A stretch of DNA of 64,000 nucleotides from the human T2T-CHM13v2.0 reference genome, Homo sapiens. Both the position numbers and the translations under genes were made by a program. Positions 30,458 to 41,165 of the stretch are shown piece after piece. The stretch lies in the NCBI RefSeq assembly GCF_009914755.1, contig NC_060937.1; one strand, 5' to 3'. How positions within the stretch are numbered: position 1 is the first letter of the stretch; every line of letters starts with the position of its first letter. A model generated the notes under the pieces. The model saw only the letters and a program-made list of their open reading frames with translations. It searched no databases and had not been told where the DNA came from.

Positions 30458-30765
30458 ACAGAAGAATTTCAGGGCAGTGGAAATACTCTGTAGGATACTA
30501 TAATGATGGATACCTGCCATTACACATTTGTTCTAACTCGAGGAGTATACAACAACCTGAGTGAACCCTGAGGTAACTATGGACTTTGAGTGATGATGAG
30601 GTGTCAATGCAGGTTCATCAGTCGTAACACATGTACCACTCTGAGGGGGGATGTTGATAATGGTGGGGGGTTATGCATGCGTAGGAGCCAAGTGTATATG
30701 GGATATCTCTGTAACTTCTCAATTTTTCTGTAAACTCTAACTACTCTATATTAGTCTTTAAAAAA
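30458..30765 (+). mobile_element. L1MC 3' end
   Basis: agtgaaccct...aactatggactttg...ggggatgttgataatgg. Confidence 0.85.
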
Positions 30766-30829
30766 TCGCTTATCTTACGAATGATTTTGAATAAGCGTTT
30801 TGGGAATGTTCTAGAGATGAATCTCCTCC

Positions 30830-31720
30830 CCATGTCCTACGCTGGGTGAGGAAGTGTCGGGTACCCGGGCGACCTGTCCTCAGGTGTTCTAGGAACGCGG
30901 CCCCATCCCTTGTCAGCCTCTGTCTCTGTGTGGTGAGAAGGCGCACTGGCTCGTGCCTGCGCGAAACTCGCGCACACAGAAAAGACCAATCAAGGACGGG
31001 TCATTCCCGCCCCCCGCGCGCCTTTTGCGACCGCCCACTCGACAGGTTGACAACCTAGACAGCTCCCCCGGACTTGCCTTACTTTTCCATCTCCTCCCAC
31101 CCAGCTATACCCTCCCACTGGCGGCGCGGATGGCACGCCGGCGGAGCCAGCGAGTCTGCGCGAGCGGTCCGAGCATGCTCAATAGCGCGCGCGGCGCCCC
31201 GGAGCTTCTCCGCGGAACCGCGACCAACGCGGAGGTCTCGGCGGCCGCTGCGGGAGCCACAGGAAGTGAAGAGCTTCCGCCGGGAGACCGCGGCTGCAGG
31301 AACGGAGGCGGAAGGGGCCCTGCGGCGACGACGTCGTCGACGGGGGTGGCCGTGGGAGCTGAGCACGGAGAAGACTCCCTCTCTCGGAAGCCGGATCCCG
31401 AGCCGGGCAGGATGGATCACCACCAGCCGGGGACTGGGCGCTACCAGGTGGTGAGTTCCCGGCCTCCTGTGCCTCCCGGGACTGCCTCCCGCCGCGGCGT
31501 CCCGAGAGTCCCTTTCCTCAGGTTATTCCCGGAGGAAAAGCTGTGGCTTTTTTTTGTTGTGTTTTGTTTTGTTTTTTTGGATCTTCTGGCTGGAGCTGCT
31601 TCACTCGCCTCACCTGCGCACTCCTGCCTAGGACTCCTTCGAAACCCTTCTCTCTCGCCCCAAGTCTGCTTAGCTCCTCACCCGCACCCTTAGCCCCGCT
31701 GTGAGACGCCCTCCCTCCAC
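30830..31720. promoter_or_regulatory. CpG island / TATA-less NDFIP2 promoter
   Basis: Sharp rise in GC and CpG against an AT-rich background. Motifs: ETS GAGGAAGTG 30848-30856, E2F GCGCGAAA 30959-30966, NF-Y GACCAATCA 30984-30992, E2F-like TTCCCGC/GC box CCCGCCCC 31004-31013. Confidence 0.9.
31130..31450 (+). CDS. NDFIP2: NDFIP2 coding exon 1 (codons 1-107)
   Basis: Translates MARRRSQRVCASGPSMLNSARGAPELLRG...PEPGRMDHHQPGTGRYQV, recognised as the human NDFIP2 N-terminus; lies in a CpG island; ends at a phase-0 donor GTG|gtgagt (31450/31451). Confidence 0.95.
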
Positions 31721-33911
31721 ACACCTTACAACTTGTATCCGTTTTAATTTCTCACTTTATCATTTTCTTATTCTCTGACTCAGTCACTCCTGAGACATTC
31801 TAGTCGATTGTCTACTGGAAATGGGGCTGACTTCACATACCTGCCCGGAAGGTGATCGCCGTCATAAATGGGGTGGGTGAGTAGGTGGGTGGAGGTGTAA
31901 GTACTGCGTGGGGTGGGATGTGGATTTGGCAAAAATGTGGGTTAGGAATTGTGGAACTGTAGAGAAAGACTAGCCATAATGCTGATCTTGTCTCTCTGCT
32001 CGTTAACCTTGTCATTTTGTCCTTTTCCATTATGTTAGTATTAAAAATGACTGTATTTTTTGGTAATCCCCACTTTTTCTTTCTTTCTTTCTTTCTTTTT
32101 TTTTTTTTTTTTTTTGGTTAGAGGGGAAACAGAGGTAGTTTTAGTAGAACAAATTCTAATCTTGTTTGAAAAATTATTTTTCGTTAAATACAAGGTTTTC
32201 CAGCTTAACTGTGTAAACTTTGGTAACTATGTTGAAAAAAGTGAAATGTGTTCCTCTATATTTTCAGTGTCAATTTTTAAATATATTTTTCTTTGTGTAT
32301 TCTGGTGGTGACGTTGGAGATTCCTGTTGTAAACCTTAGTTAAAGATGGACTGAGCAATAGTTGACTCTGCTGTTGTGCTGTTGCAGCTAGGTAGCATGT
32401 CATTCTACAAACTTTCAGCCCATTTACTGAGGGAGAGGAGAAAAACAATACATAGCACTGGTGATGCAGTTTATGGTTTATAAAATTTTACAAATTTAGG
32501 TATGTTAGTCCCAGGTTTCAACTTTCAAATCTATTTGCACATGTAAGACAGTTATAAGCCAAGACTTTCTATTAATAAGTACATTTTGGCAAATATGAAG
32601 GAACTGTAAGATGAGATCCTAAAGTATGTAATTTTGCATTTTTCTAAGATAAAAGCTCATGAGGCTTCCATTTTCAATTGGTTTGCATTCTTTAAAACCT
32701 ACAAAAGGTCCATATTCCGAATTCTTTGAAAATTTATCAGCTTTTCTCAACAACTTGGGAAATACTGTTTCTCCCAGTATGGAAAGCGTTTTTCAAGTTG
32801 TCAGTGTACACCCTTTTGATGGTTTGAAAGGCATTTCTAGGTTTGTAAATGTTAGCAAAAATAAAATGATATAAATATTGAATAATATCAGCAGTGAAAC
32901 TTGTTTCATTTTTCCTACAGACGTCACTACCCAAAACACTGTTAATTTATGTAGCTCTCAGTTTTAAGATATTTGTTTTCCCAACAACTCCTTTCAAAAT
33001 AAATGGGCATATTTTATTGCTGCCCCCTCCCCTCGTTTTTTTCAAACTGACGATGTGTCCTACATAGACTTTGAATGTTCCTTGAGAACAGAGGGCAAAA
33101 ATCAGTTCTTCTAAAGATAAAGCCTACCAGTCCCTCTAAAGGTAGTACTTTAGGTAGGACATCGATCTGTTCTCCTTGTAAGGCAACTTACAACTAACAT
33201 TGTAAGGCAATGTTAGTGTTAGAGTTACACAATTTACGTAGTCATTTAACCTATCTAGTATAACTCTTGGTTTTGTTTATAATGGCCTGATTAATAACAT
33301 CAGTGTATGCCAGAGAAAAAGCTGAATTGACATTTTCAATAGACTTTTTAAACTAGGGATCAGTCTTCAGCTCTGGCTTATATGATGAACACAACTATTT
33401 TGTGGTTGCCTTTAGCTCAGTTTTTGGGAAAACTGGAATGCTTAATAAACTGGAGCAATAAACCACTTGAGTTGTTGAATGTTAAGGGATGACTAAGTCA
33501 GGAGATAGGCAAGTATACTTAGGGGTGAGATGGTATGCAATGTTAATTTTTCACTTACTTAAAGAGTTTAAAAACAGCTTTTCATACTGGAAAGCTAGCA
33601 GTGATGCTCAGGGTCATCAGAATGACTTACTACCATTAGCCAATGCACAAGCTTTATCTAGAAACTGCTTTTTCTGTGATCTCTTCTTTCCTTTCATTGT
33701 TAAAAGCATCCAAAATTTATTGAGTAAAGCAGTGGATAACAGTTTAGAGCTACAAAAATTCTTGATTGTTACCCTTCTAATTTCAGAAAAAGCCAGGTAT
33801 GACACGTAATTTTATGGGAAATTCAGTTTTGTTTGTTAGTAAATGAGCAGTGTTGCTAACTATGACGAAGTTGACTTGGCTTGCAGCTGCTAGACCACAT
33901 TCTAACTTTGA

Positions 33912-34233
<322 letters not shown>

Positions 34234-34257
34234 AAAGTTCTCTATTTTAAAGGATTA

Positions 34258-34310
34258 TGTACCTGTACCAAGCTGACTTCTAAGATTGTACCTGTACCAA
34301 GCTGACTTCT
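34258..34310. repeat. Tandem duplication, 24-bp exact unit with 29-bp period
   Basis: tgtacctgtaccaagctgacttct at 34258-34281 and 34287-34310. Confidence 0.95.
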
Positions 34311-34699
34311 TATTCTGTGTACAAGTTAAATTGGCAGTGTTGATTGTAGCAGTAATTTCCCAAACTGTATTTCAGAATGATAGTAAGTGTAACTGGAAGA
34401 TTTATAATACATTAGCATATTAAAACCATGAAAAATTCTGCAGTAAAGACAGTGATTTGGATTTCTTTAACCTAGCTCTTCCTAATCTTTGTTTTGTTTT
34501 GTTCTTTGTTTTTAAAATTTTAAGATTATGTTAACATTTCTACAATATCAATTTTCTATGGAACATAATTTGAAGTATTCATTCTACAAAGATCTGAGTA
34601 CTTTGCTCTTGTATCTGGGGAATTAGAGTTGCCCTCGATAAATTAGCTGAGAAGGAGGCTTGAAGGAGGCCTGACTATTAACGGGTAAAAAACCTACAG

Positions 34700-34890
34700 G
34701 TTTTAAAGCCATCTGGGCTTATATATTAGATTGTGCTGTTTGCAATTTGTGAGACCTTGCTTAGTTACTTTACATCTTGAAGCCTCAGTTTCCTTATATT
34801 AGTATCTACCTGACAAAGATTATTGTGAGAAATAATATAATACATGTGTAAAACATGTAAAGACTGGTACATGATAAATAAGTACCCTTT
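34700..34890 (+). mobile_element. MIR
   Basis: gaccttg...agttacttt...agcctcagtttcctt. Confidence 0.65.
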
Positions 34891-34911
34891 TTACAAGCTA
34901 ATAAGTTAGTG

Positions 34912-35347
34912 TGTTAATGTTTCACGGTTTCTGGCAAAAAAGAGGTGACCTCCAGGTTAAAGACTGATCATTACTCATGACATAGCAAGCAGCACGAACA
35001 TCAGCATATTTGTGTAGGTTTTCCTAGCTACCAAATTCCACAGAGGGGCTGGGTGTCCATATGGATTCGTGCAGTGGGTTTGCATCACAGCTGAGGAACT
35101 CAGAAACTCAGAACCAAGGGTGCAGCTCTTTTTTTTTTAAAGCAAGCAGCAAATATCTTAGCAAACAACAAACAAACTAGTTCACCTTCTCCTGGGATGG
35201 CAGTTACACACTGTGGTTGCCTGATCTTTGTTCCCTGTGTAACTTATTAGAAGAAACAGCTCAGTATGAGGAAATGGAAAGCTTTACACACACTCAGCAA
35301 GAATGTGCAGGGACATTCAGGCCCATGGCTGACTGCCTTACTGAATA
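34912..35347 (-). mobile_element. ERVL LTR (LTR40-like)
   Basis: Minus strand contains GGCAGTCAGCCATGGGCCTGAATGTCCCTGCACATTCTTGCTG. Confidence 0.65.
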
Positions 35348-35871
35348 GTACATGTTCTGGATGAGATAATGTATAATGAGTTTTAGTTATACTCATTTCA
35401 TTTTCCACTGGAAAGAAGTGTTGCAGGCTCTTACCTTTCCTTACTCTCTAGTTGTCACCTTTTCTTGCCAGCCTTATTCCTTTGATCGTCTCTTGTTTGT
35501 TTCTTTTGAATTTATCAGTATACTTTATCTGGCTTATATTCTTACCACACCTCTTTTACATAATCAAGGTTACCCAACTGCATAGTCTGATAGCTACTTT
35601 TCAGTTCTCATGTTGCTTGATTTCTCTGTTATACTGACAGTATGAATGTTCTTTGAAACTCTGTCCTTATTCCTGATACAGTTAATAAGAAGCTTTCTAC
35701 TTCTCTTGACTTTTTCTGACTTTTCTTGTCTTAGTGAACTCTTTTTGTACTTAATCCATTCTCCTTAAATATTGATGCATTACCTGGCATGGAATATTGT
35801 CTGTTACTTTCTTCCTCATTTGACCATCCTTCAGGAATTGTTTGCATCGTGTGAATCATATTTGTAGAATA

Positions 35872-36139
35872 TAGGTTGAGTATTCCTAATCCAAAAACCC
35901 GAAATCTAAAATGCCCCCAAATCTGAAACTTTTTGAACACCACATGATATCACAAGTGGAAAATACCACATGTACGTATTCAACACAACTTTGTTTCATG
36001 CACATATAGTCACGTTCATCTTTGGGTCCCATTCCCAAGATATTTCATTACGTATATGCAATATTCCAAAATCCAAAAAAAATCTGAAATCCAAAACACT
36101 TCTGGTCCCAAGCATTTTAAATAAGGGATACTCAACCTG
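35872..36139. mobile_element. Tigger4/MER46-type TcMar MITE
   Basis: TIRs (c/t)aggttgagtat / atactcaacctg with TA TSDs. Confidence 0.9.
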
Positions 36140-36229
36140 TATAAATTTTTTGTTCTTTTGCTCAAAAACCTTCAGTGGCCCCTTACTGAATCTGCCCCCA
36201 ACATTTAATAACATTTAATATTAAAACTT

Positions 36230-37660
36230 CCAAATTTTTAAAAAAGTTGAAAGAATTGTACAGTTAACCTCCATACAAATTGTGGGCTCTACAGTTAACA
36301 GTTTATTCTATTTGTATTGTTGTGTATTTATCAATCCATCTATTTTTCGATCCTTTCAAAGTAAGTTGCAGGGATCAGTGTACTTGCATGCAAGCCACAT
36401 GTTTATCATTAGCCTACATTTTAATATTTGTTTATGGTTCTTTTTCTTTGAGGTAAAATCAATGTATATTGAAATGCACAAATCTTACATGGCCTAGTGG
36501 ATGAACTTTGGCAAATTCAGATACTCATGTAACCCAAACCACCTTTGACATGTAGAGCAGAGATCAGCAAACTGTGGTCCAACTCCTGGTTTTGTAAATA
36601 AATTTTATTGGCACACAGCCATGCCCATTCATTTACGGTGGTAGGGTTGAGGACATTCATGTACTGCATAATGTCTTTTCATTCAATGAGGGACCTTATA
36701 TACTGGGGTCCTGTAAGATGTGTTTAGATAAATACTGTTGTTTTACAGTTGCCTGCAGTATTCAATACAATAACGTGCTGTACAGGTTTGTAGTCTAGGA
36801 GCAATAGGCTAGACCATACGGCATAGTATGTAGTAGGCTATATATACCATCTAGATTCGTGTAAGTACGCTCTCTGATGTTAGCACAGACACTCATCCAT
36901 CATAGGGACCCCACCCTCATGACGTCATCTAAACCTAATTACCTCCTATAGGCTCTAACTTCAAATAACATCACTCTGGCGATTAGGGTTTCAACATATA
37001 CATTTTGGAGAGACACAAACATTCAGTTTGTACCACTGCCCTTTACAGATAAATTTAATGACCTGATACAGAATATTACCATCACCCTAGAAAGTTCCCT
37101 TATTATCCTTACTAGATCAATTCATACCCCCCAGGTGACTGTTCTGATTTTTTCACTTCAAATTACCTAGTTTTGCCTATTCTAGAATCATACAGCATGT
37201 AGTCTACAAAGCTTCTTTCATTCAGCATGAAGTTTTTTAGATTGATCCATGTTTTTGTGTATATCAGTAGCTCATCCCTTTTTATCATATAGTTTTCATC
37301 GTATAAATCGAATGAATACACTGCAGTTTATCCATTGCTGTTGATATTTGGGTTTTTAGTTTTCTTTTGCTGTTATGAGTAAAGCTGTTATATTCTTGTA
37401 CAAATCTTTCTGTAAAGCTGATAGGAATGAATATTCTTGTACAAATCTTTTTGTGGACATATGTTTTTATTTTCCATGGGTGGAATTACTGAGTAATAGG
37501 GTAGGTGTATGTTTCAATTTTATAAGAAACCACCAGACTTTTTTCCAAAGTCATTATGCCATTTTACACTTCCACCATCAATGTATGAAGTTTTGGTTGC
37601 TCCACACACTTGCAAACATTCTGCTGCTGTCAATCTTTTTAATTTTAACCATTCTGGGTT
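36230..37660 (-). mobile_element. Old L1M 3' region containing nested MER58A, Tigger3a and MLT1A pieces (36558-37070)
   Basis: L1 3'UTR motifs flank a composite insert. Confidence 0.7.
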
Positions 37661-38549
37661 TATTAAATTTTTGAAGTTTAAAATTCCTGTTCTTAGCATA
37701 CAAGTTTTTTTGAATGGGCCCTCCCTACCTGTACAGTGACATATCTCTGTCTTCTTAATTTTTATGCACTGATTTCTCATCTGAAGTTCTGTACTCTCTC
37801 TAGTTTGTTTGCCTCATAAAATCCTGTTCTTAAATGTAAAAACTCCTTCGAATCTATAATTGAAAGAAGGAGGTAGAGAGAGTTTCTGACCTCTGTCATC
37901 AGCATCAAGGCAGAAGAAAGTTAGGATAACTTGTTATACTGAATTATGTGTTTGTGTGTCTTTCTAACCTTCTAGACTACTGCTTTTTCTCAAAGGTGTG
38001 TTAGGGTTCTGTCAATGTCTGATTTTTATTTCATCTTTAAAATAGATCTTTGTATGTTGAAAAAAACTAATTGAGGAAATGTACACTCAAATATGTTGTA
38101 TACTAAGTAGTACACCAAGTTGTATACCAATACTCAAATGTGTTATATACCAAGTTGTTGCTTATAACTTGAAGACCAGTATTATGTCAATTTGGGTTGC
38201 CAGGGTAAATTGCTTTTAAACATACCCCAGATTAAAATTTCTCTTGCTATTTTTGTGCATGTCTTGATATTAACTGTAAATACGTTATTTGGTTGAGTTT
38301 AGCTCATTAAAAAAAAATTATACAAATGAGTACACACCTGAACAGTGCTGAATCAAATGGTAGCCTTTGCTTAGGCACATTTGAGCAGTACATGATCTAA
38401 TACTGGAGTACTATATGTGTAGTGGCAAATAAATGTATTGGAATTGTATCATGAAAATACCATATTATAATTTATAGCTTATGTTTTTGAGTGCCCTTTG
38501 TCAGATTTATGCTAAAGGTAAGGGAGCAGTTTTTAGATATCATTATTGA

Positions 38550-38980
38550 TTATGAAACAAATATCCTATAACTCATTCATCTGATATATAATAGCTATAT
38601 ATTATAGTACTTCTGTCTGCTTCTGTTTTAGGTGTTGGTTAATAAGACAGTTAAGTTTTTGTCTCATGGCTCATGCTTTGGTGGAGAAGTGCAGATAGAT
38701 AAGTAAGCCTAATGTCAGATAGTAATAAATTCTTTGAAGAAAATAAAGCAAGTTGATGGAATAAATAATAAATTCTATCAATTATGAAATAGCAATAATA
38801 GAACAGTACTTACATTGTATTAATAAAATGCTGCTAAATGCTTTGTACATATTAGCACGCTTAATCCTTCCACTTCTATGAAGTAGATAATGTCATTATC
38901 CTCAATTTGCAGGTGAGAAACATGAGACACAAACAAGTTAAATAATAGGCCCAGCTGTGATGGAGCTGGTATTCAGACTT
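38550..38980 (-). mobile_element. L2 and MIR fragments
   Basis: L2 tail attcatctg..., MIR aggtgagaaacatgagacac. Confidence 0.6.
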
Positions 38981-38982
38981 GG

Positions 38983-39485
38983 GTGTTTTAGTTTTATATT
39001 GCTGTGTAACAAACATCTCTAAATACAAGTATTTATTTTCTTTTAAGATTCCATGGGTTGAGTGTGATCAGGAGATTGTTGATTCTACTCCACATAGTGT
39101 TAGCTAGGACTGGAGCCATTTTGGGGCTTGGTTGGGTTGGAATTTCCAAGATGGCTCACTCACTTGGCTGCAGTTGATGTTGTCTATTTTCTGGAAGCTC
39201 AGCTGGAACTATTGACTTCAGCATCTCAGTTCTCCTTTGTGTGCCCTCTTGATGTGACCTTGGTTTCCCACAGCATAGAAGGAAGAGGAAGCTGCCATTC
39301 TTAAGGCCTGGGCTTGGAAATTCATAATGTCATTTTTGCAGTATCCTATTGGTCAGAGCAGTTGTAAGACCCCCCAAATTCAAAGGGAGAAGAAATGAAT
39401 TCCATCTGTCAGTGGGGGAGAAACTTGCACATACATGGAGGGGAGAATGTGATAGTGGCCATCTTTGGAGATGATGTGCCACACC
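38983..39485 (-). mobile_element. Old MLT1 MaLR LTR
   Basis: tattgctgtgtaacaaac...tccaagatggctcactcac...gtggccatctttgg. Confidence 0.75.
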
Positions 39486-39804
39486 AGTCAATTTGACCCC
39501 TTAGTAGATAGGGATCAGCTTAGTCAGGTAACTCCATCCACTCTTAAGTTGTGACAGTCACGCAGACTTGATTGAAATGTGAAGATCTAGTTCTAGTTGA
39601 TGAGTATTGTAAATGTGTTAATAACCTGTAGTGGAAATGAGTTTGTTGATTGAAGATATAGGAGGAAAGCTGTATGGCTGCAGCAAAGTTAAGGGGATGG
39701 CCTAGAGTGGAATGGGACAAAACAGAAACAAATTTTATGCTGGATTTCATAGAAGAATGGAACTGTCATTTATAACTCTAGTTTATAATTGTTTCATGAA
39801 AGCA

Positions 39805-40340
39805 GTTAGGTCCACCTACATGATTTGCAAGGTCTAATGCCGAATGAAAATGTGGGGCCCTGGCCTGTGATGAGGAAGTCAATCTCCCCTTTCTGTAGAC
39901 CTTGTTTTTGTATAGGTCTATGGACCCCCAAGCAAATATGTAGTCTCCATGTCAGGACATGCTCATTACCTACATCAGTGATAGGCAAGAGGCCACCCTC
40001 TGAATGTGCCAGGGTGATTCTAGCCTAGGATGGGGATGGCTGTCACCTTGCCTTTCCCTAGTTGTAGGGTGAGGATTAGGAGGTCAGACTGAGCCACAGG
40101 GTTCAACTGAGTGAGAACACTTCCTGGAGAGGCAGACCACTGGTGAGCTGAGGTGTCAGGCCCCTGGCACATGCTCCATTGGAGTCCTATTGGAGTTTAC
40201 TTATAAAACTGATATTTAGAGATAAAATTATTAAGAATTTTAAGACAGTGATCACAGGGTATTAAACCCCAATCATGGATTCCTCCTGAGTGGTGGTCCC
40301 ATGTGACTAGAGTGATCACATGCTCGTGAAGATGACCCTG
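39805..40340 (-). mobile_element. MER45-family hAT-Tip100 element
   Basis: Ends resemble MER45 termini (atgaaaatgtggggccc; aattattaagaattttaagac...gaagatgaccctg). Confidence 0.6.
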
Positions 40341-40381
40341 AAGCCTATGTTACTTGGGGTGGTGGTGGTGGTGATGTAGAC

Positions 40382-40600
40382 CAGGGGTTAGTAGATTAGT
40401 AAACCCTTTCTGTAAAGGGCTAGATAGTATTTTAGGCTTTATAGGCCATGTGGTCTCTGTCACAGCTACTCAGATCTGCCATTGTAGTGCAGCAGTATCC
40501 ATACCAAATATGAAAATGAACAAATGGGCTGTGTTCCAGAAGACTATTTGCAAAAACAGTGTGCTGGATTTGGCCTGCTTGCTCTAGTTTGCCCACCCCA
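40382..40600. mobile_element. MER58A
   Basis: caggggtt...tctgtaaagggc...agtttgcccacccc; 8-bp TSD atgtagac/atgtagat. Confidence 0.9.
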
Positions 40601-40859
40601 ATGTAGATGTTATAGGAATGTACCTCATATAGGCCTGAAGCTTGGCATGTTGAAGGACGCTTCTAAGAAATTAATTTTTTATTTCACCCAGTCTCTAAAT
40701 AAATTCCTAACAATGTGGTGAGGTTGTTTTGCATCCCTTACTTGCACCTGATAATCAGCCAAGCACCTAGTCTGTCCTAGAATTGGGATGGATATGAGTG
40801 GATAGTAGAAGAGAATATAATACTCCCTGTGAGAGTGTCAAAAACAGCTTATTCAAATA

Positions 40860-41165
40860 TGGTAGAATCTTCATTCTGTTAGTGTGATTGCCTCATTGAG
40901 GTCATTCTTGACTACCTTATTTTAAATCACTATATCCCATTCACAGTACTCCTTATCGCTGTTTCCTGTTTGTTTTTATCCAGAGTACTTATCATCTTCT
41001 GGTATTCCAAATATTTTGCTTATTTATTTCCTACCTCCCTTCTTTCTCCCTGAATTTAAGCCTCATGGTGGTAGAGAGATTTTTGTCTGTTTTGCTCACT
41101 ACTGTATATATCTTTCCATACCTGCCATATGGTAGACTTTCAGTATTTGATAAAGATGAATGAAT
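40860..41165 (+). mobile_element. L2a 3' end
   Basis: tttttgtctgttttgctcact...gatgaatgaatg tail. Confidence 0.7.

Larger units (their letters stand above)
27300..31160 (-). ncRNA. NDFIP2-AS1: Probable NDFIP2-AS1 antisense lncRNA region (boundaries approximate)
   Basis: Recall that an antisense lncRNA runs a few kb upstream from the NDFIP2 5' end; supported in sequence by a minus-strand donor AAA|GTAAGG at 31083/31082. The 3' end is not determinable from sequence. Confidence 0.45.

Noticed and set aside
30953-31129. 59-codon upstream extension of the NDFIP2 frame
   Set aside because: Starts at GTG within promoter motifs; open frames are expected in GC-rich DNA.
31074-31454. Overlapping 126-aa (+) and 114-aa (-) ORFs in exon 1
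   Set aside because: No ATG start, Arg/Ala-rich, typical stop-poor CpG-island artefacts.
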